A stretch of DNA of 64,000 bases from the NCBI GenBank assembly GCA_025465465.1, contig JAODND010000045.1:14098-78097 (forward strand). The letters are read 5' to 3'. Positions 19,988 to 29,258 of this stretch are shown here, piece after piece; the first letter of the stretch is position 1, and the number at the start of each line of letters is the position of its first letter. The position numbers and the translations under genes were made by a program. This DNA comes from Frankiales bacterium. GTDB taxonomy: Bacteria > Actinomycetota > Actinomycetes > Mycobacteriales > SCTD01. Under the pieces are notes generated by a model. It was not told the origin of the DNA and did no database searches. It was given only the letters and a program-made list of their open reading frames with translations.

Positions 19988-20287
19988 TCAACCGCGCGCG
20001 TCGGACATCCCGTCCCAGCGGCACTCGGCCAGCACGACCCTCTCCCCGCGCACCGGGCAGCCCTCGGCGACCAGCAGCGGGAGCCCGCCGTCGTACGGCA
20101 CGCCGCTGGACCGCAGGACCCGCTGCCACGGCACCTCGTGACCGTGCTTCGCCATCACCATGCCGACCGTGCGGGCCGACCCGGAGCCGAGGTACTCGGC
20201 CACGTCGCCGTAGGTCATCACCTTGCCCCGCGGGATCCGCGCGACCAGGTCCAGCACCGACAGCGCGTACGGCGTCGGGGGTTCCAC
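19988..20287 (-). CDS. Alkyltransferase-like (ATL/MGMT family) DNA-binding protein
   Basis: IPRGKVMTYGDVA, ARTVG, VPWQRV (Trp replaces the catalytic Cys of PCHRV). Confidence 0.9.
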   Translation of the reverse strand: MEPPTPYALSVLDLVARIPRGKVMTYGDVAEYLGSGSARTVGMVMAKHGHEVPWQRVLRSSGVPYDGGLPLLVAEGCPVRGERVVLAECRWDGMSDARG

Positions 20288-20297
20288 CCCCGTGAGG

Positions 20298-21110
20298 CTA
20301 GAGGAGGGCGCTGGGGTTGAACGCCTTCGTGCCGGCGACCAGCGTCAGTCCCGGTACCCCGTGCGCCCGCGCGAAGGCGATCTCCTTGGCGAGGTTGCCG
20401 ACGCCGTTGTCGAGCGGGTACGGCGCGAGGCCGACCGTCGACAGCACGCCGAGCGCGCGGCCCGAGCTGTCGAGGAAGCCCGAGCCGGAGTCGCCAGGGA
20501 TGCCGGGGGTCACGGTGTAGACGGTCGTCGTCCAGCCGCCGGCGCTGTCGCCGAGGGAGACGCCCTGCTTCGGGCTGGTGGGCGTCAGGCCGAACCGCAG
20601 GCTGGAGTTGCCGTAGCTGTAGACGTTCTCGAGGGGCGACGTCCCCGTCGCGAGGCCGGTGGGACCGCCGAAGACCGGGATGGTCGGGTTGGTCTGGGCG
20701 ACCGCCGCGGCCGGCAGCTTGATGAGCGCCAGGTCGTTGTAGGCGCAGGTGCTCGCGTCGCGGGTCTTCGCAGCCTTCATCGCGAGCCACGAGTTGTAGG
20801 CGAGCGTGCCGGTGTAGCCCTCGACCGCCACGGGGGTCCCGAGCTTCAGCGAAGCCGTCGAGCAGCCGTTGGTGTCTGTCGAGGTGCCGGTGCTCGAGCA
20901 GTGCGCCGCCTGGCCGAGGTAGACGGCCGTACCTGCGGTGAAGACGAAGTTGCCCGTGCACTGCGCACCGGCGGTGAGGGTCTGCACGCCGGGGTGGATC
21001 TTCGCGGACCCCTCGGCCGCCCACCGCCTGGTCGCGGCGTCGGAGGGAACGGCGGTGATGCCGACGGCGAGAGCGAGGCCGGCGCTGAGGACGAGCATGC
21101 GGGGGGACAT
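20298..21110 (-). CDS. Secreted trypsin-like (S1) serine protease, paralog 1
   Basis: Signal peptide; QAAHC, NDLAL, GDSGSG catalytic triad motifs. Confidence 0.88.
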   Translation of the reverse strand: MSPRMLVLSAGLALAVGITAVPSDAATRRWAAEGSAKIHPGVQTLTAGAQCTGNFVFTAGTAVYLGQAAHCSSTGTSTDTNGCSTASLKLGTPVAVEGYTGTLAYNSWLAMKAAKTRDASTCAYNDLALIKLPAAAVAQTNPTIPVFGGPTGLATGTSPLENVYSYGNSSLRFGLTPTSPKQGVSLGDSAGGWTTTVYTVTPGIPGDSGSGFLDSSGRALGVLSTVGLAPYPLDNGVGNLAKEIAFARAHGVPGLTLVAGTKAFNPSALL

Positions 21111-21124
21111 GCCCGGGACAACGA

Positions 21125-21159
21125 CGAAGCCCCCACCCGGGGTGCGGGTGGGGGCTTCG
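21125..21159 (-). terminator. Intrinsic terminator-like hairpin between protease paralogs
   Basis: Perfect 15-bp inverted repeat CGAAGCCCCCACCCG/CGGGTGGGGGCTTCG with a 5-nt loop, followed by tcgttgt on the minus strand. Confidence 0.75.
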
Positions 21160-21176
21160 GCTGTCAGGTTCAGCGA

Positions 21177-21212
21177 GCTGTGAGTGTCGCTGTGATTGTC
21201 GCTGTGAGTGTC
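21177..21212. repeat. 3 x 12-bp tandem repeat at the protease stop codon
   Basis: GCTGTGAGTGTC GCTGTGATTGTC GCTGTGAGTGTC. Confidence 0.9.
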
Positions 21213-22023
21213 AGAGCAGGGCGCCGCTGTTGAACGCCTCGGTGCCGGGGACCAGGGCCAGACCGGCGACGCCGTGGGTCTGGGCGTAGGCGATCTCCTT
21301 GGCGAGGTTGCCGATGTTGTTGCTCAGCGGGAGCGGGGCGATCGCGATGGTCGACAGCACGCCGATGGCCTTGCCACTGGCGTCGAGGAAGCCGGAGCCG
21401 GAGTCACCGGGGATGCCGGGGGTGACGGTGTAGACGGTGGTGCTCCAACCGCCCGGGGTCGTGCTGATCGCGATGCCGCGCTTGGGGCTCAACGGGGTCA
21501 GGCCGAGGCGCAGCGACGAGTTGCCGTAGCTGTAGACGTTGGAGCCGGTGCCCGCCGTCGTGCCGAGCGCCGTCGGGCCGCCGTAGACAGGGACGCTGGG
21601 GTTGGTCGTGGCGACCGCTGCTGCCGGGAGCGCGATGAGCGCCAGGTCGTTGTAGGCGCAGGTCTCCGCGTCCTTCTCACCGGCGGACCGCATCGCCGCC
21701 CAGGAGTTGTAGGCCATCGTGCCCTGGAAGCCGGCCACATCGACGGGTGTACCGACCGGCAGCGTCGCGGCCGTGCAGCCGTTGGTGTCGGTGGCCGCAC
21801 CGGTGCCCGAGCAGTGGGCGGCCTGGCCGAGGTAGGTCGTCGTGCCGGCGGTGAAGACGAAGTTGGCGGTGCACTGCGAGCCGCCCGTGATGGTCTGGAC
21901 GCCGGGATGGACCTTGGCGGTGGCGGCGGGGGCCCAGCCCGCTGCGGACGCCGGGGTGGAGGCGGTGAAGGCGAGCGCGAGCAGCGCTGCCCCAAGCGAG
22001 ACGAGCAGGTTGAGACGAGGCAT
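21211..22023 (-). CDS. Secreted trypsin-like (S1) serine protease, paralog 2
   Basis: Same length (270 aa) and motifs as its neighbour: QAAHC, NDLAL, GDSGSG; AGGAG RBS. Confidence 0.88.
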   Translation of the reverse strand: MPRLNLLVSLGAALLALAFTASTPASAAGWAPAATAKVHPGVQTITGGSQCTANFVFTAGTTTYLGQAAHCSGTGAATDTNGCTAATLPVGTPVDVAGFQGTMAYNSWAAMRSAGEKDAETCAYNDLALIALPAAAVATTNPSVPVYGGPTALGTTAGTGSNVYSYGNSSLRLGLTPLSPKRGIAISTTPGGWSTTVYTVTPGIPGDSGSGFLDASGKAIGVLSTIAIAPLPLSNNIGNLAKEIAYAQTHGVAGLALVPGTEAFNSGALL

Positions 22024-22048
22024 CGGGGGGATTCTCCTGTCAGGTTTG

Positions 22049-22065
22049 ACCGGTGTTACACCGAT
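22049..22065. promoter_or_regulatory. Palindromic operator candidate upstream of the protease pair
   Basis: ACCGGTGTTACACCGAT, core CGGTGT-T-ACACCG dyad. Confidence 0.45.
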
Positions 22066-22100
22066 CTTGCCCTATAGGTGGGGTTTCCACCCCCGCTGGG

Positions 22101-23291
22101 TCAGTACGTCGGCAGCGACGGGTCGACCTGCGCCTGCCACGCGATGACGCCGCCCTGCACGTGCACGGAGTTGCCCAGGCCCGCGGCCTTCAGCGCCGCG
22201 AGGGACTCCGCGGAGCGGATGCCGCTCTTGCAGTAGAGGACGATCTCCTTGTCCTGCGGGAGTCCGGCCAACGCGTTGCCGTTGAGGATCTCGCCCTTGG
22301 GGATGAGCACCGCGCCGGGGATCTGCATGATCTCCCACTCGGCCGGCTCGCGGACGTCGACGAGGTAGAAGTCGTCGCCGCGGTCCATCTTGTCCTTCAG
22401 CTCGGTGGCGAGGATGGTCGACCCGATGGCCGCCTCCATCGCCTCCTCGCTGACGGCGCCGCAGAACGACTCGTAGTCGATGAGTCCCGTGATCGTCGGC
22501 TCCTTGCCGCACAGCGGGCACTCCGGGTCCTTGCGGACCTTGATCTTGCGGTAGGTCATCTCGAGGGCGTCGTAGACCATGAGGGAGCCGACCAGCGGGT
22601 CACCGATGCCGGTCAGCAGCTTGATCGCCTCGGTCGTCTGGATCGCGCCGATGGACGCGCACAGCACGCCCAGCACGCCACCCTCGGCGCAGCTCGGGAC
22701 CATGCCCGGCGGCGGCGGCTCGGGATAGAGGCAGCGGTAGCAAGGAGCCTCGGTGCCCTCGAGTGTCGGCCAGAACACCGAGGCCTGGCCGTCGAAGCGA
22801 TAGATCGAGCCCCAGACGTAGGGCTTGTTCAGGAAGTAGGCCGCGTCGTTGACCATGTAGCGCGTCGCGAAGTTGTCGGTGCCGTCGACGATGAGGTCGT
22901 ACTGGCTGAAGATCTCCATCACGTTGTCGTTGTCGAGCCGCGTCTCGTGGACGACGACGTTGATCAGCGGGTTGATCTCCCTGACGGAGTCGCGCGCGCT
23001 CTCGGCCTTGGACCGGCCGATGTCGCTCTGGCCGTGGATGATCTGGCGCTGCAGGTTGCTCTCGTCGACGGTGTCGAACTCCACGATGCCCAGCGTGCCG
23101 ACCCCGGCGGCCGCCAGGTACATCAGCGTCGGGGAACCGAGGCCGCCGGCACCGACGGCGAGGACTCTGGCGTTCTTGAGCCGCTTCTGCCCGGTGGTCG
23201 CGACGTCCGGGATGATGAGGTGGCGGCTGTAGCGCATCACCTCGTCGCGCGTCAGCTCAGCTGCGGGCTCCACCAGGGGCGGCAGGGACAC
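22101..23291 (-). CDS. moeZ: Adenylyltransferase/sulfurtransferase MoeZ (ThiF + rhodanese)
   Basis: RYSRHLIIP, GAGGLGS, SNLQRQ, PCYRCLYP, CKSGIRS rhodanese active site; GTG start with AAGGAG RBS. Confidence 0.95.
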   Translation of the reverse strand: MSLPPLVEPAAELTRDEVMRYSRHLIIPDVATTGQKRLKNARVLAVGAGGLGSPTLMYLAAAGVGTLGIVEFDTVDESNLQRQIIHGQSDIGRSKAESARDSVREINPLINVVVHETRLDNDNVMEIFSQYDLIVDGTDNFATRYMVNDAAYFLNKPYVWGSIYRFDGQASVFWPTLEGTEAPCYRCLYPEPPPPGMVPSCAEGGVLGVLCASIGAIQTTEAIKLLTGIGDPLVGSLMVYDALEMTYRKIKVRKDPECPLCGKEPTITGLIDYESFCGAVSEEAMEAAIGSTILATELKDKMDRGDDFYLVDVREPAEWEIMQIPGAVLIPKGEILNGNALAGLPQDKEIVLYCKSGIRSAESLAALKAAGLGNSVHVQGGVIAWQAQVDPSLPTY

Positions 23292-23438
23292 GGGGGTTGC
23301 TCCTTCGTCAGGCTTCTCTGTGCACAAGCCTCGCAGAGCGCTCGGGATTCCCTTTCGTGACCTCCACCACGTTGTAGCCCTCGCAGAGTGGGCAGGCTCC
23401 TTCTCGAAGCACCAGTGCACCCGATCCGAGGAGGAACG

Positions 23439-23609
23439 ATGAGCGCCACTGACAAGCTGAAGCACACCGCCGAGGAGCTCCAGGGCAAGGCCAAGCAGGC
23501 TGTGGGAGGGGCGACGGGCGACCGCGACACCCAGGCTGAAGGCCTCAAGGACGAGAAGATGGGCCAGCTCAAGGGCGTGGGCGACAAGCTCAAGGACGTC
23601 GCCAAGTAG
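23439..23609 (+). CDS. csbD: CsbD family general stress protein
   Basis: GKAKQAVGGATGDRDTQAEG..GQLKGVGDKLKD; GAGGAGG RBS. Confidence 0.9.
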   Translation: MSATDKLKHTAEELQGKAKQAVGGATGDRDTQAEGLKDEKMGQLKGVGDKLKDVAK

Positions 23610-23632
23610 GCGCCAAGTAAGCGCCAAGTAGG
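23600..23632. repeat. 3 x 11-bp tandem repeat containing the csbD stop codon
   Basis: CGCCAAGTAGG CGCCAAGTAAG CGCCAAGTAGG. Confidence 0.9.
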
Positions 23633-23644
23633 CACAGCTCGTAC

Positions 23645-23684
23645 GACGAGGGCCCCGCACCCATCAGGGCGCGGGGCCTTCGTC
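23645..23684. terminator. Hairpin terminator between convergent genes
   Basis: GACGAGGGCCCCGCACCC-ATCA-GGGCGCGGGGCCTTCGTC. Confidence 0.75.
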
Positions 23685-23711
23685 TGTGCCTTCGTGTGTG
23701 CCTTCGTCTTT
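23676..23711. repeat. 3 x 12-bp tandem repeat of the terminator right arm
   Basis: GCCTTCGTCTGT GCCTTCGTGTGT GCCTTCGTCTTT. Confidence 0.85.
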
Positions 23712-23725
23712 CCTGAGCCGTTCGC

Positions 23726-25609
23726 TCAGCCGCCCGGCCGCCACCACGGCTTGCGCTTCGGAGCCGGTGCGGGCGGCGAGGGAGGCGGGGACGCCACCGA
23801 CGGTGCCGGCGGCGGGGGCTGCGCCGGCCGCGGCGGCGCGGGAGGCAGGTTCGGGGTGCGCTCGAGAACGACTGGCTTCGCCGCCGGCCGGGTGGCCTTC
23901 TTGACGGGCGCGGCGACCCGCTTGACCGGGGCTTTCGTCGGGGTCTTCTGAGGGGGCTTCGAAGGCGCTTTCGCGGGAGCCTTCGCCACCTTCTTCGGCT
24001 GCTCCGTCGGGCTCTCTGCCACCGGCTCGGGGGCCGCGGGCGGTCCCGCCGACGGCGCGGGCGGTGCGAGGCTCGACGTCACCGCCGGGCGGTCGTCCGC
24101 CGGCGGCTCGGGTGCCGCGTTGATCCGGTCGAGCACGTCCGCGACGGACTCCTGCGACACGGGCTCCGGAGGCGCCGACTGCTGGGGTGCCGGCTCCGGG
24201 GGTGGTGGCTCGACAGCCTTCTCGGCGGCGGGTTCCTCGGCTTCCTCGAGAGCGCCACCGAGCTCCTCGAGAGCAGCTTCCGCCGTGCGCGTGCCACGCC
24301 GCCGTCGCAGCAGCGCCTCGGCCAGGGCGAGGACGGCCTCGTCGACGTGGGCGAGCACCCGGCGCTCGCTGTCAGCGGTGGCGGTGCGGACGATGTCCTC
24401 GGTGTCGGCCTTGACCCGCGGCGACAGCGCCTCGCCGAGCTGCGTGACGAGAGCCGCGGAGACCCGGGTCAGGACCACATCGGCGATGCGCGGGGCGAGG
24501 GTCTCCACGAGCCTGTCGGCGACCCGCTGGCCGACCAGGCCGGCGATCTCCTCGGCGGTCGGCAGGGTCTGCTCGGCGAGGTGCGTGCCGAGGTGCTCCA
24601 CGTCCTCGCGGAGGGCGGCGAGGCCGAGCGTGAGTGTGGTGTCCGAGCTGTCGTCCTGCAGCGCCACGACCTGGACGCCGAGCTTGGTGACCAGCTCGCG
24701 GACCGTCTGCACCTCGTCGAAGCGGGCATGCAGCCGGGCGATCTCCGCGGAGACGGCGGGGATGCCGCCGGCAGCGTCGCCGACGTCGGCGAGGCGCTCG
24801 CCGACCTGGCCGAGGCGGTTCTCGACGGCGCCGAGGGTCGCCTGCACCTCGTCGAAGCGGTCACCGGTCTGGCTGTCGAGAGCAGCCCGCATGTCACCGA
24901 AGTGCGCCTTGAGGGCTTCGGGGCCGACGACCGGGCGCTCCGCGGCCTCCGCCAGCCTGTCCAGGCGCGCCCCGAGGGCGTCGACGACCGCGTCCCGCAG
25001 CCGCTCCGCATCCGGCACTGTGCCGATCGCGTCGAGCTTGGCCGACAGCCCCTCGACCTGTGGGCGGAGCTGCTCGAGGGAGTGGGCGGTGCGGGCGCCG
25101 AGGTCGCTGAGGCCGGATCGGAGCTCGGTGAGCGGCTGCAGCCGGTCGTGCAGACCGGCGACGTCGTTCTGCAGCGACGCCAGGGCGCTCGGGAAGCCGG
25201 CCAGCTGACGGAGCGCGGCAGTCATCTGTGCGACGAGCTCGCCCTGGGCGGCGACGTCGGCCGACAGCGCTGCAAGGCGCACGACGGCCTGCTCGGTCGG
25301 GACGGCGGTGTCGGCGCCGACCGCATCGATGCGCTTGGAGAGGGCCTCGATCCGCTGCCCGAGCAGCGAGGTCGAGGTGCGCAGGTCGGCGACCACCGTG
25401 CTGACCACGCCGCCGAGGCGCTCGACGGTCGCGTCCGTCGCTGCGGCCCGCACGCTCTCGCTGAGGGCGGCGACCTGCCCGCGGAGCTCGCCGAGGACGG
25501 CCGAGACCGCGCGCTGCTCGCGGACCTGCTCCTCGGCGGCGGCGGAGAGGAGAGCCTGCATGCGGTCGGACATCTGCCCGCCCGCAGGCCCAGCTGGGAT
25601 GTCGGTCAC
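23726..25609 (-). CDS. Hypothetical long coiled-coil protein with Pro/Ala/Lys-rich tail
   Basis: Heptad-rich N-terminal region of about 400 aa, DEAVLALAEALLRRRR, low-complexity tail ending KRKPWWRPGG; GGGAGG RBS before the GTG. Confidence 0.8.
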   Translation of the reverse strand: MTDIPAGPAGGQMSDRMQALLSAAAEEQVREQRAVSAVLGELRGQVAALSESVRAAATDATVERLGGVVSTVVADLRTSTSLLGQRIEALSKRIDAVGADTAVPTEQAVVRLAALSADVAAQGELVAQMTAALRQLAGFPSALASLQNDVAGLHDRLQPLTELRSGLSDLGARTAHSLEQLRPQVEGLSAKLDAIGTVPDAERLRDAVVDALGARLDRLAEAAERPVVGPEALKAHFGDMRAALDSQTGDRFDEVQATLGAVENRLGQVGERLADVGDAAGGIPAVSAEIARLHARFDEVQTVRELVTKLGVQVVALQDDSSDTTLTLGLAALREDVEHLGTHLAEQTLPTAEEIAGLVGQRVADRLVETLAPRIADVVLTRVSAALVTQLGEALSPRVKADTEDIVRTATADSERRVLAHVDEAVLALAEALLRRRRGTRTAEAALEELGGALEEAEEPAAEKAVEPPPPEPAPQQSAPPEPVSQESVADVLDRINAAPEPPADDRPAVTSSLAPPAPSAGPPAAPEPVAESPTEQPKKVAKAPAKAPSKPPQKTPTKAPVKRVAAPVKKATRPAAKPVVLERTPNLPPAPPRPAQPPPPAPSVASPPPSPPAPAPKRKPWWRPGG

Positions 25610-25754
25610 CGTGGTCGTTCCTCCCTTGTCCGCACGGGGCGGACAGAGTGGCAAGAGCTGTCGCGGCGAGTTTCGCACCGAACGGGGCTCGACGGGCTCA
25701 CCGCGCCCGCGGGACGCAGCGCGTCGGCGTCGGACATCCGGGCAACGGTCCCGC

Positions 25755-26432
25755 TCACAGCGGCAGCTCCTCGCCGACAGCGACCTCACGATCCTCGCCG
25801 AGGACCCGGCTGGCGGACTGCCCGAGCGCGACCGCCGTACCTGCCGTGAACAGCGCGCCCGACTCCTCGGGCAGGCCCAGCACGGTCAGCGGGTCAGGTG
25901 CTGTCGCGAGAGCGCGCAGCCAGTCGGCCCGGCCCGAGCGGGCGTCCCAGTGCGGGACGACGGCGACGCCCGGGACGAGACCCAGACCGCGTTCCAGGGC
26001 GAGGCCACCGTCTGGGTCGCGACGGTCGGGCAGCACGGTCCAGGAGCCGAGCACCATGGCGCCGGCACTGGCGCCCATCACGGCGCCGCCGCCGGCGACG
26101 AGGTCGCCGATGAGCCGGCCGACCGGCGAGGCCAGCAGGGTGGTGAGCAGCCGGGAGGGCGAGCCGCCCGGGAGCACGACGAGCCTGGCCCGCTGCAGCG
26201 CCGCGAGCGCACCGGCACTGTCCTCGCGCACGTCTGGTGCTCCGGTCACGTCGGCGGCGCCGCAGGCCCGGAAGTGCGCGATGCCGTGGTCGGTGGCCGT
26301 GCGGTATTCGCGACCGGGCGCACCGGCCAGCGCCGTGACGACCACAGGCCCGTCCACGAGCTCGAGCAGGCGGCGGTCCATGTCGCGGCAGCCGGGTGAG
26401 AACTCACCACCGCCCTGCAGGAGCACCGTCAC
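25755..26432 (-). CDS. Peptidase S51 / cyanophycinase-like (class I GAT-like fold)
   Basis: LQGGGEF, LPGGSP, GASAGA nucleophile, VVPHWD, LGLPE. Confidence 0.8.
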   Translation of the reverse strand: MTVLLQGGGEFSPGCRDMDRRLLELVDGPVVVTALAGAPGREYRTATDHGIAHFRACGAADVTGAPDVREDSAGALAALQRARLVVLPGGSPSRLLTTLLASPVGRLIGDLVAGGGAVMGASAGAMVLGSWTVLPDRRDPDGGLALERGLGLVPGVAVVPHWDARSGRADWLRALATAPDPLTVLGLPEESGALFTAGTAVALGQSASRVLGEDREVAVGEELPL

Positions 26433-26445
26433 CGGACGGACGCTC

Positions 26446-27108
26446 TCACACCTCGGTGAGCAGCATCTCCAGGCGCCGGTTCAGGGCGTCGAGGGTGGCG
26501 CGGATGACGGCCTGGCGGACGTCCTCACGGACTCCGGCTGCGCCGGTGAGGCGCTCGGCGCCACGACCGGTCAGCAGGGTGAGTGCGACCACGACGGTGC
26601 GCTCGTTGCCCATCGGGGTCACTTCGAGGTGGTCGAGCTCGAAGCGCACCTGGCCCTCGACGAGCTGCTCGACGGCACGCAGCGTCGCCGTGGCGACGGC
26701 CCGGTGCACGCCGGTCTGCGAGGCAGCGCCGCGCGCCTCTCCCGTCGCATGCGCCTCGCCGGAGGACAGGGTGACGCTGGCCGTCACGTCGAGCCCGGAG
26801 CTGACGAGATGCATCCGGGCGATGGACGGCCGGGCAGCAGAGCGCTGCTCCGGCACGCTGGGCAGCGGCGTGTGGTCGACCACCGCGTCTTCGACGACCT
26901 GCACGCGGTCGGCGTCGACACCGAGCCCGAACTGCTCACGCAGCAGGCGCCCGACGGAGCTCGCGACGGCGGCCTCATCGACGCCCTCCTCGAGGTCCAG
27001 GCGCAGCGTGCCCAGGCCACCCTCGGCGTCCGGAGTGACGTCTGCGTCACTGACACCCGGGACAGCGCGGAGAGCAGCGATGAGCTCGCTGTTGTCCATC
27101 ACGCTCAC
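26446..27108 (-). CDS. Conserved hypothetical protein; C-terminus resembles the LeuA allosteric domain
   Basis: GGAG RBS, GC3-biased frame; ends EDVRQAVIRATLDALNRRL. Confidence 0.7.
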   Translation of the reverse strand: MSVMDNSELIAALRAVPGVSDADVTPDAEGGLGTLRLDLEEGVDEAAVASSVGRLLREQFGLGVDADRVQVVEDAVVDHTPLPSVPEQRSAARPSIARMHLVSSGLDVTASVTLSSGEAHATGEARGAASQTGVHRAVATATLRAVEQLVEGQVRFELDHLEVTPMGNERTVVVALTLLTGRGAERLTGAAGVREDVRQAVIRATLDALNRRLEMLLTEV

Positions 27109-27265
27109 GGGTGCTCCAGGTCGGCGAAGTGCGACGCAGTCTGCGTCCTCTTCAGCATCGCTCGTACCGCCTGTCCCCAAGAGGGCCGAACGGTAGGGGG
27201 AAGCGGACCTCTCCTGCATCCAATCGGGCTAACTCCGAGGACAGATCAGTCTGACTTGTCCGGGT

Positions 27266-28183
27266 TCAGGCGGACTTGCGTACTGGGGCCTTCTTCGCCC
27301 CCACCTTCTTGGCGGGCGCCTTCTTCGCCGCCGCCTTCTTCGCCGGTGCGGCAGTGGAGGAAGCCTTCGAGGAGGCCTTCTTGGCCGCCGGCTTGCCCGT
27401 GCCGGTCGCGCCCTTCTTGGCCGCTTCGACGCTCGCGCGCAGGGCCGCCATCAGGTCGACGACGGTACCCGTGCTCGGCTGCGCCTCCTCTGGCTGCACG
27501 ACCTCGCGGCCCTCGACCTTGGCGTCGATGACCGACTGCAGCGCGTCGCGGTAGGAGTCGGAGTAGTGGCTCGGGTCGAACTCGCCCGAGAGGGTCTCGA
27601 TGAGCGAACCAGCCATAGCGAGCTCCTGCGGCCGCACTTCGACGTCCTCGTCGAGGAAGGCGAAGTCGGGGGCACGCACCTCGTCGGGCCACAGCATCGT
27701 CTCCAGCACGAACACGCCGTCGCGGACCCGGAGCGTCGCGAGCGACTCGCGGCTGCGCAGCGCCACCTTGACGATCGCGACCTTGCCGGACTCCTCGAGG
27801 GCTTCGCGCAGCAGCACGTACGGCTTCGTCCCGGTCTTCTCCGGCTCGAGGTAGTAGCTCTTCTCGAAGTAGATCGGGTCGACCTCCTCGAGCGGCACGA
27901 ACGTCAGGACGTCGATGGCCTTGTTGGTCGACAGCGGCAGGTCCTTGAAGTCGTCGTCGGTGAGCACCACCGTCTCGCCGCTCGGCAGCTCATAGCCCTT
28001 GGCGATGTCGCCATACGCGACCTCCTCGCCGTCGGAGGCGGCCACCCGCTTGTACTTGATGCGGCTGCCGTCGGAGCGACGCACCTGGTGGAAGGTGACG
28101 TCCTTCTGCTCGGTCGCGCTGTACAGCTTCACCGGGATGGTCACCAACCCGAAGCTGATCGCGCCCTTCCAGATGGACCTCAT
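27266..28183 (-). CDS. ku: NHEJ DNA end-binding protein Ku
   Basis: MRSIWKGAISFGLVTIPVKLYSAT, KGYE, DPIYFEKSYYL, VVDLMAALRAS, PAKKA-rich tail. Confidence 0.97.
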   Translation of the reverse strand: MRSIWKGAISFGLVTIPVKLYSATEQKDVTFHQVRRSDGSRIKYKRVAASDGEEVAYGDIAKGYELPSGETVVLTDDDFKDLPLSTNKAIDVLTFVPLEEVDPIYFEKSYYLEPEKTGTKPYVLLREALEESGKVAIVKVALRSRESLATLRVRDGVFVLETMLWPDEVRAPDFAFLDEDVEVRPQELAMAGSLIETLSGEFDPSHYSDSYRDALQSVIDAKVEGREVVQPEEAQPSTGTVVDLMAALRASVEAAKKGATGTGKPAAKKASSKASSTAAPAKKAAAKKAPAKKVGAKKAPVRKSA

Positions 28184-28328
28184 AGCTGCGCTCCTACCCG
28201 TGTGCCGGAACGATCACGCTAGGCGGAGCGACCGGGACGGGTCCACACACCCGCCCCGGCCGATGGTGCCGAAGGTAGGGCAGAACGGACACCGCCCGCG
28301 CCCCCCGTCGGGTTGGCAGGATGGGTCG

Positions 28329-29258
28329 GTGATCCCCCATGACCTGTCGCCGATGCTGGCGACGACCGGACCGCTGCCGGGCGGCGACTCCTGGGCCTAC
28401 GAGGTGAAGTGGGACGGGGTGCGGGCACTCGTCGCCGTCGAGGACGGCGCAGTGCGGGCCACCAGCCGCAACGGCAACGACGTGACCGGCGGCTACCCGG
28501 AGCTGCGCACCCTGACCGGCCTCCCGGACGTGCTGCTCGACGGCGAGATCGTGGCCTTCCGCGACGGCCGCCCCGACTTCGGCCTGCTCCAGAACCGGAT
28601 GCACGTGCGCTCCCCCTCCGCAGCCCTCGTCGCGGCCACTCCGGTGGCCTTCCTCCCGTTCGACGTCCTGCACGTCGAGGACTCATCGCTGCTGTCACAT
28701 TCGTACGAGGACAGGCGAGCCGTGCTCGTGGACCTGGTGCCCGACGCACCCGAGCGCTTCCACGGCGACGGTGCCCTCCTCATGGAGATGACCCGCGCGC
28801 AGGGGCTCGAAGGGCTGGTCGCGAAGCGGCGCGACTCGACGTACCAGCCGGGACGGCGCACCGACGCGTGGGTGAAGGTGAAGCACGTGCATCGGCAGTC
28901 GGCCGTCGTGGGCGGCTGGCGCGAGGGCGAGGGCGGAAGGTCGGGGCAGCTGGGCGCGCTGCTGCTCGGCGTCCACGGTCCCGACGGCCTCGTCTTCTGC
29001 GGTCGCGTCGGGACCGGGTTCAGCGCGGCGACGCTGCGCAGCACGGCGAAGCGGCTCGCAGCGGTGGCCCGGCCGACCTCGCCGTACGACGTGCCCGTTC
29101 CTCCCGAGGAGGCGCGGCTGGCGCACTGGGTCGAGCCGGAGCTCGTCGTCGACGTCGAGTTCACCGCCTGGACCTCGGACGGCAAGCTGAGGCACCCGTC
29201 GTTCAAGGGGTTCCGGGACGACCTCGACCCGCGGGAGGTGCGACGTGAGCCCCAGTGA
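28329..29258 (+). CDS. ligD: ATP-dependent DNA ligase, LigD ligase module (stand-alone)
   Basis: YEVKWDGVR, LDGEIV, FDVL, EGLVAKR, WVKVK, GRVGTGF, LRHPSFKGFRDD. Confidence 0.93.
   Translation: MIPHDLSPMLATTGPLPGGDSWAYEVKWDGVRALVAVEDGAVRATSRNGNDVTGGYPELRTLTGLPDVLLDGEIVAFRDGRPDFGLLQNRMHVRSPSAALVAATPVAFLPFDVLHVEDSSLLSHSYEDRRAVLVDLVPDAPERFHGDGALLMEMTRAQGLEGLVAKRRDSTYQPGRRTDAWVKVKHVHRQSAVVGGWREGEGGRSGQLGALLLGVHGPDGLVFCGRVGTGFSAATLRSTAKRLAAVARPTSPYDVPVPPEEARLAHWVEPELVVDVEFTAWTSDGKLRHPSFKGFRDDLDPREVRREPQ

Noticed and set aside
23325-23388. SigR/SigH-like promoter (GGAAT-N18-CTTG) and CCTCGCAGAG direct repeat upstream of moeZ
   Set aside because: The -10 deviates from GTT and the repeat has only two 10-bp copies; too weak to call.
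21177-23711. Short tandem repeats as a possible CRISPR array
   Set aside because: Units are 11-12 bp and contiguous, with no spacers and no cas operon.
27266-27430. PAKKA-type repeats at the 3' end of ku
   Set aside because: Known basic C-terminal extension of actinobacterial Ku.
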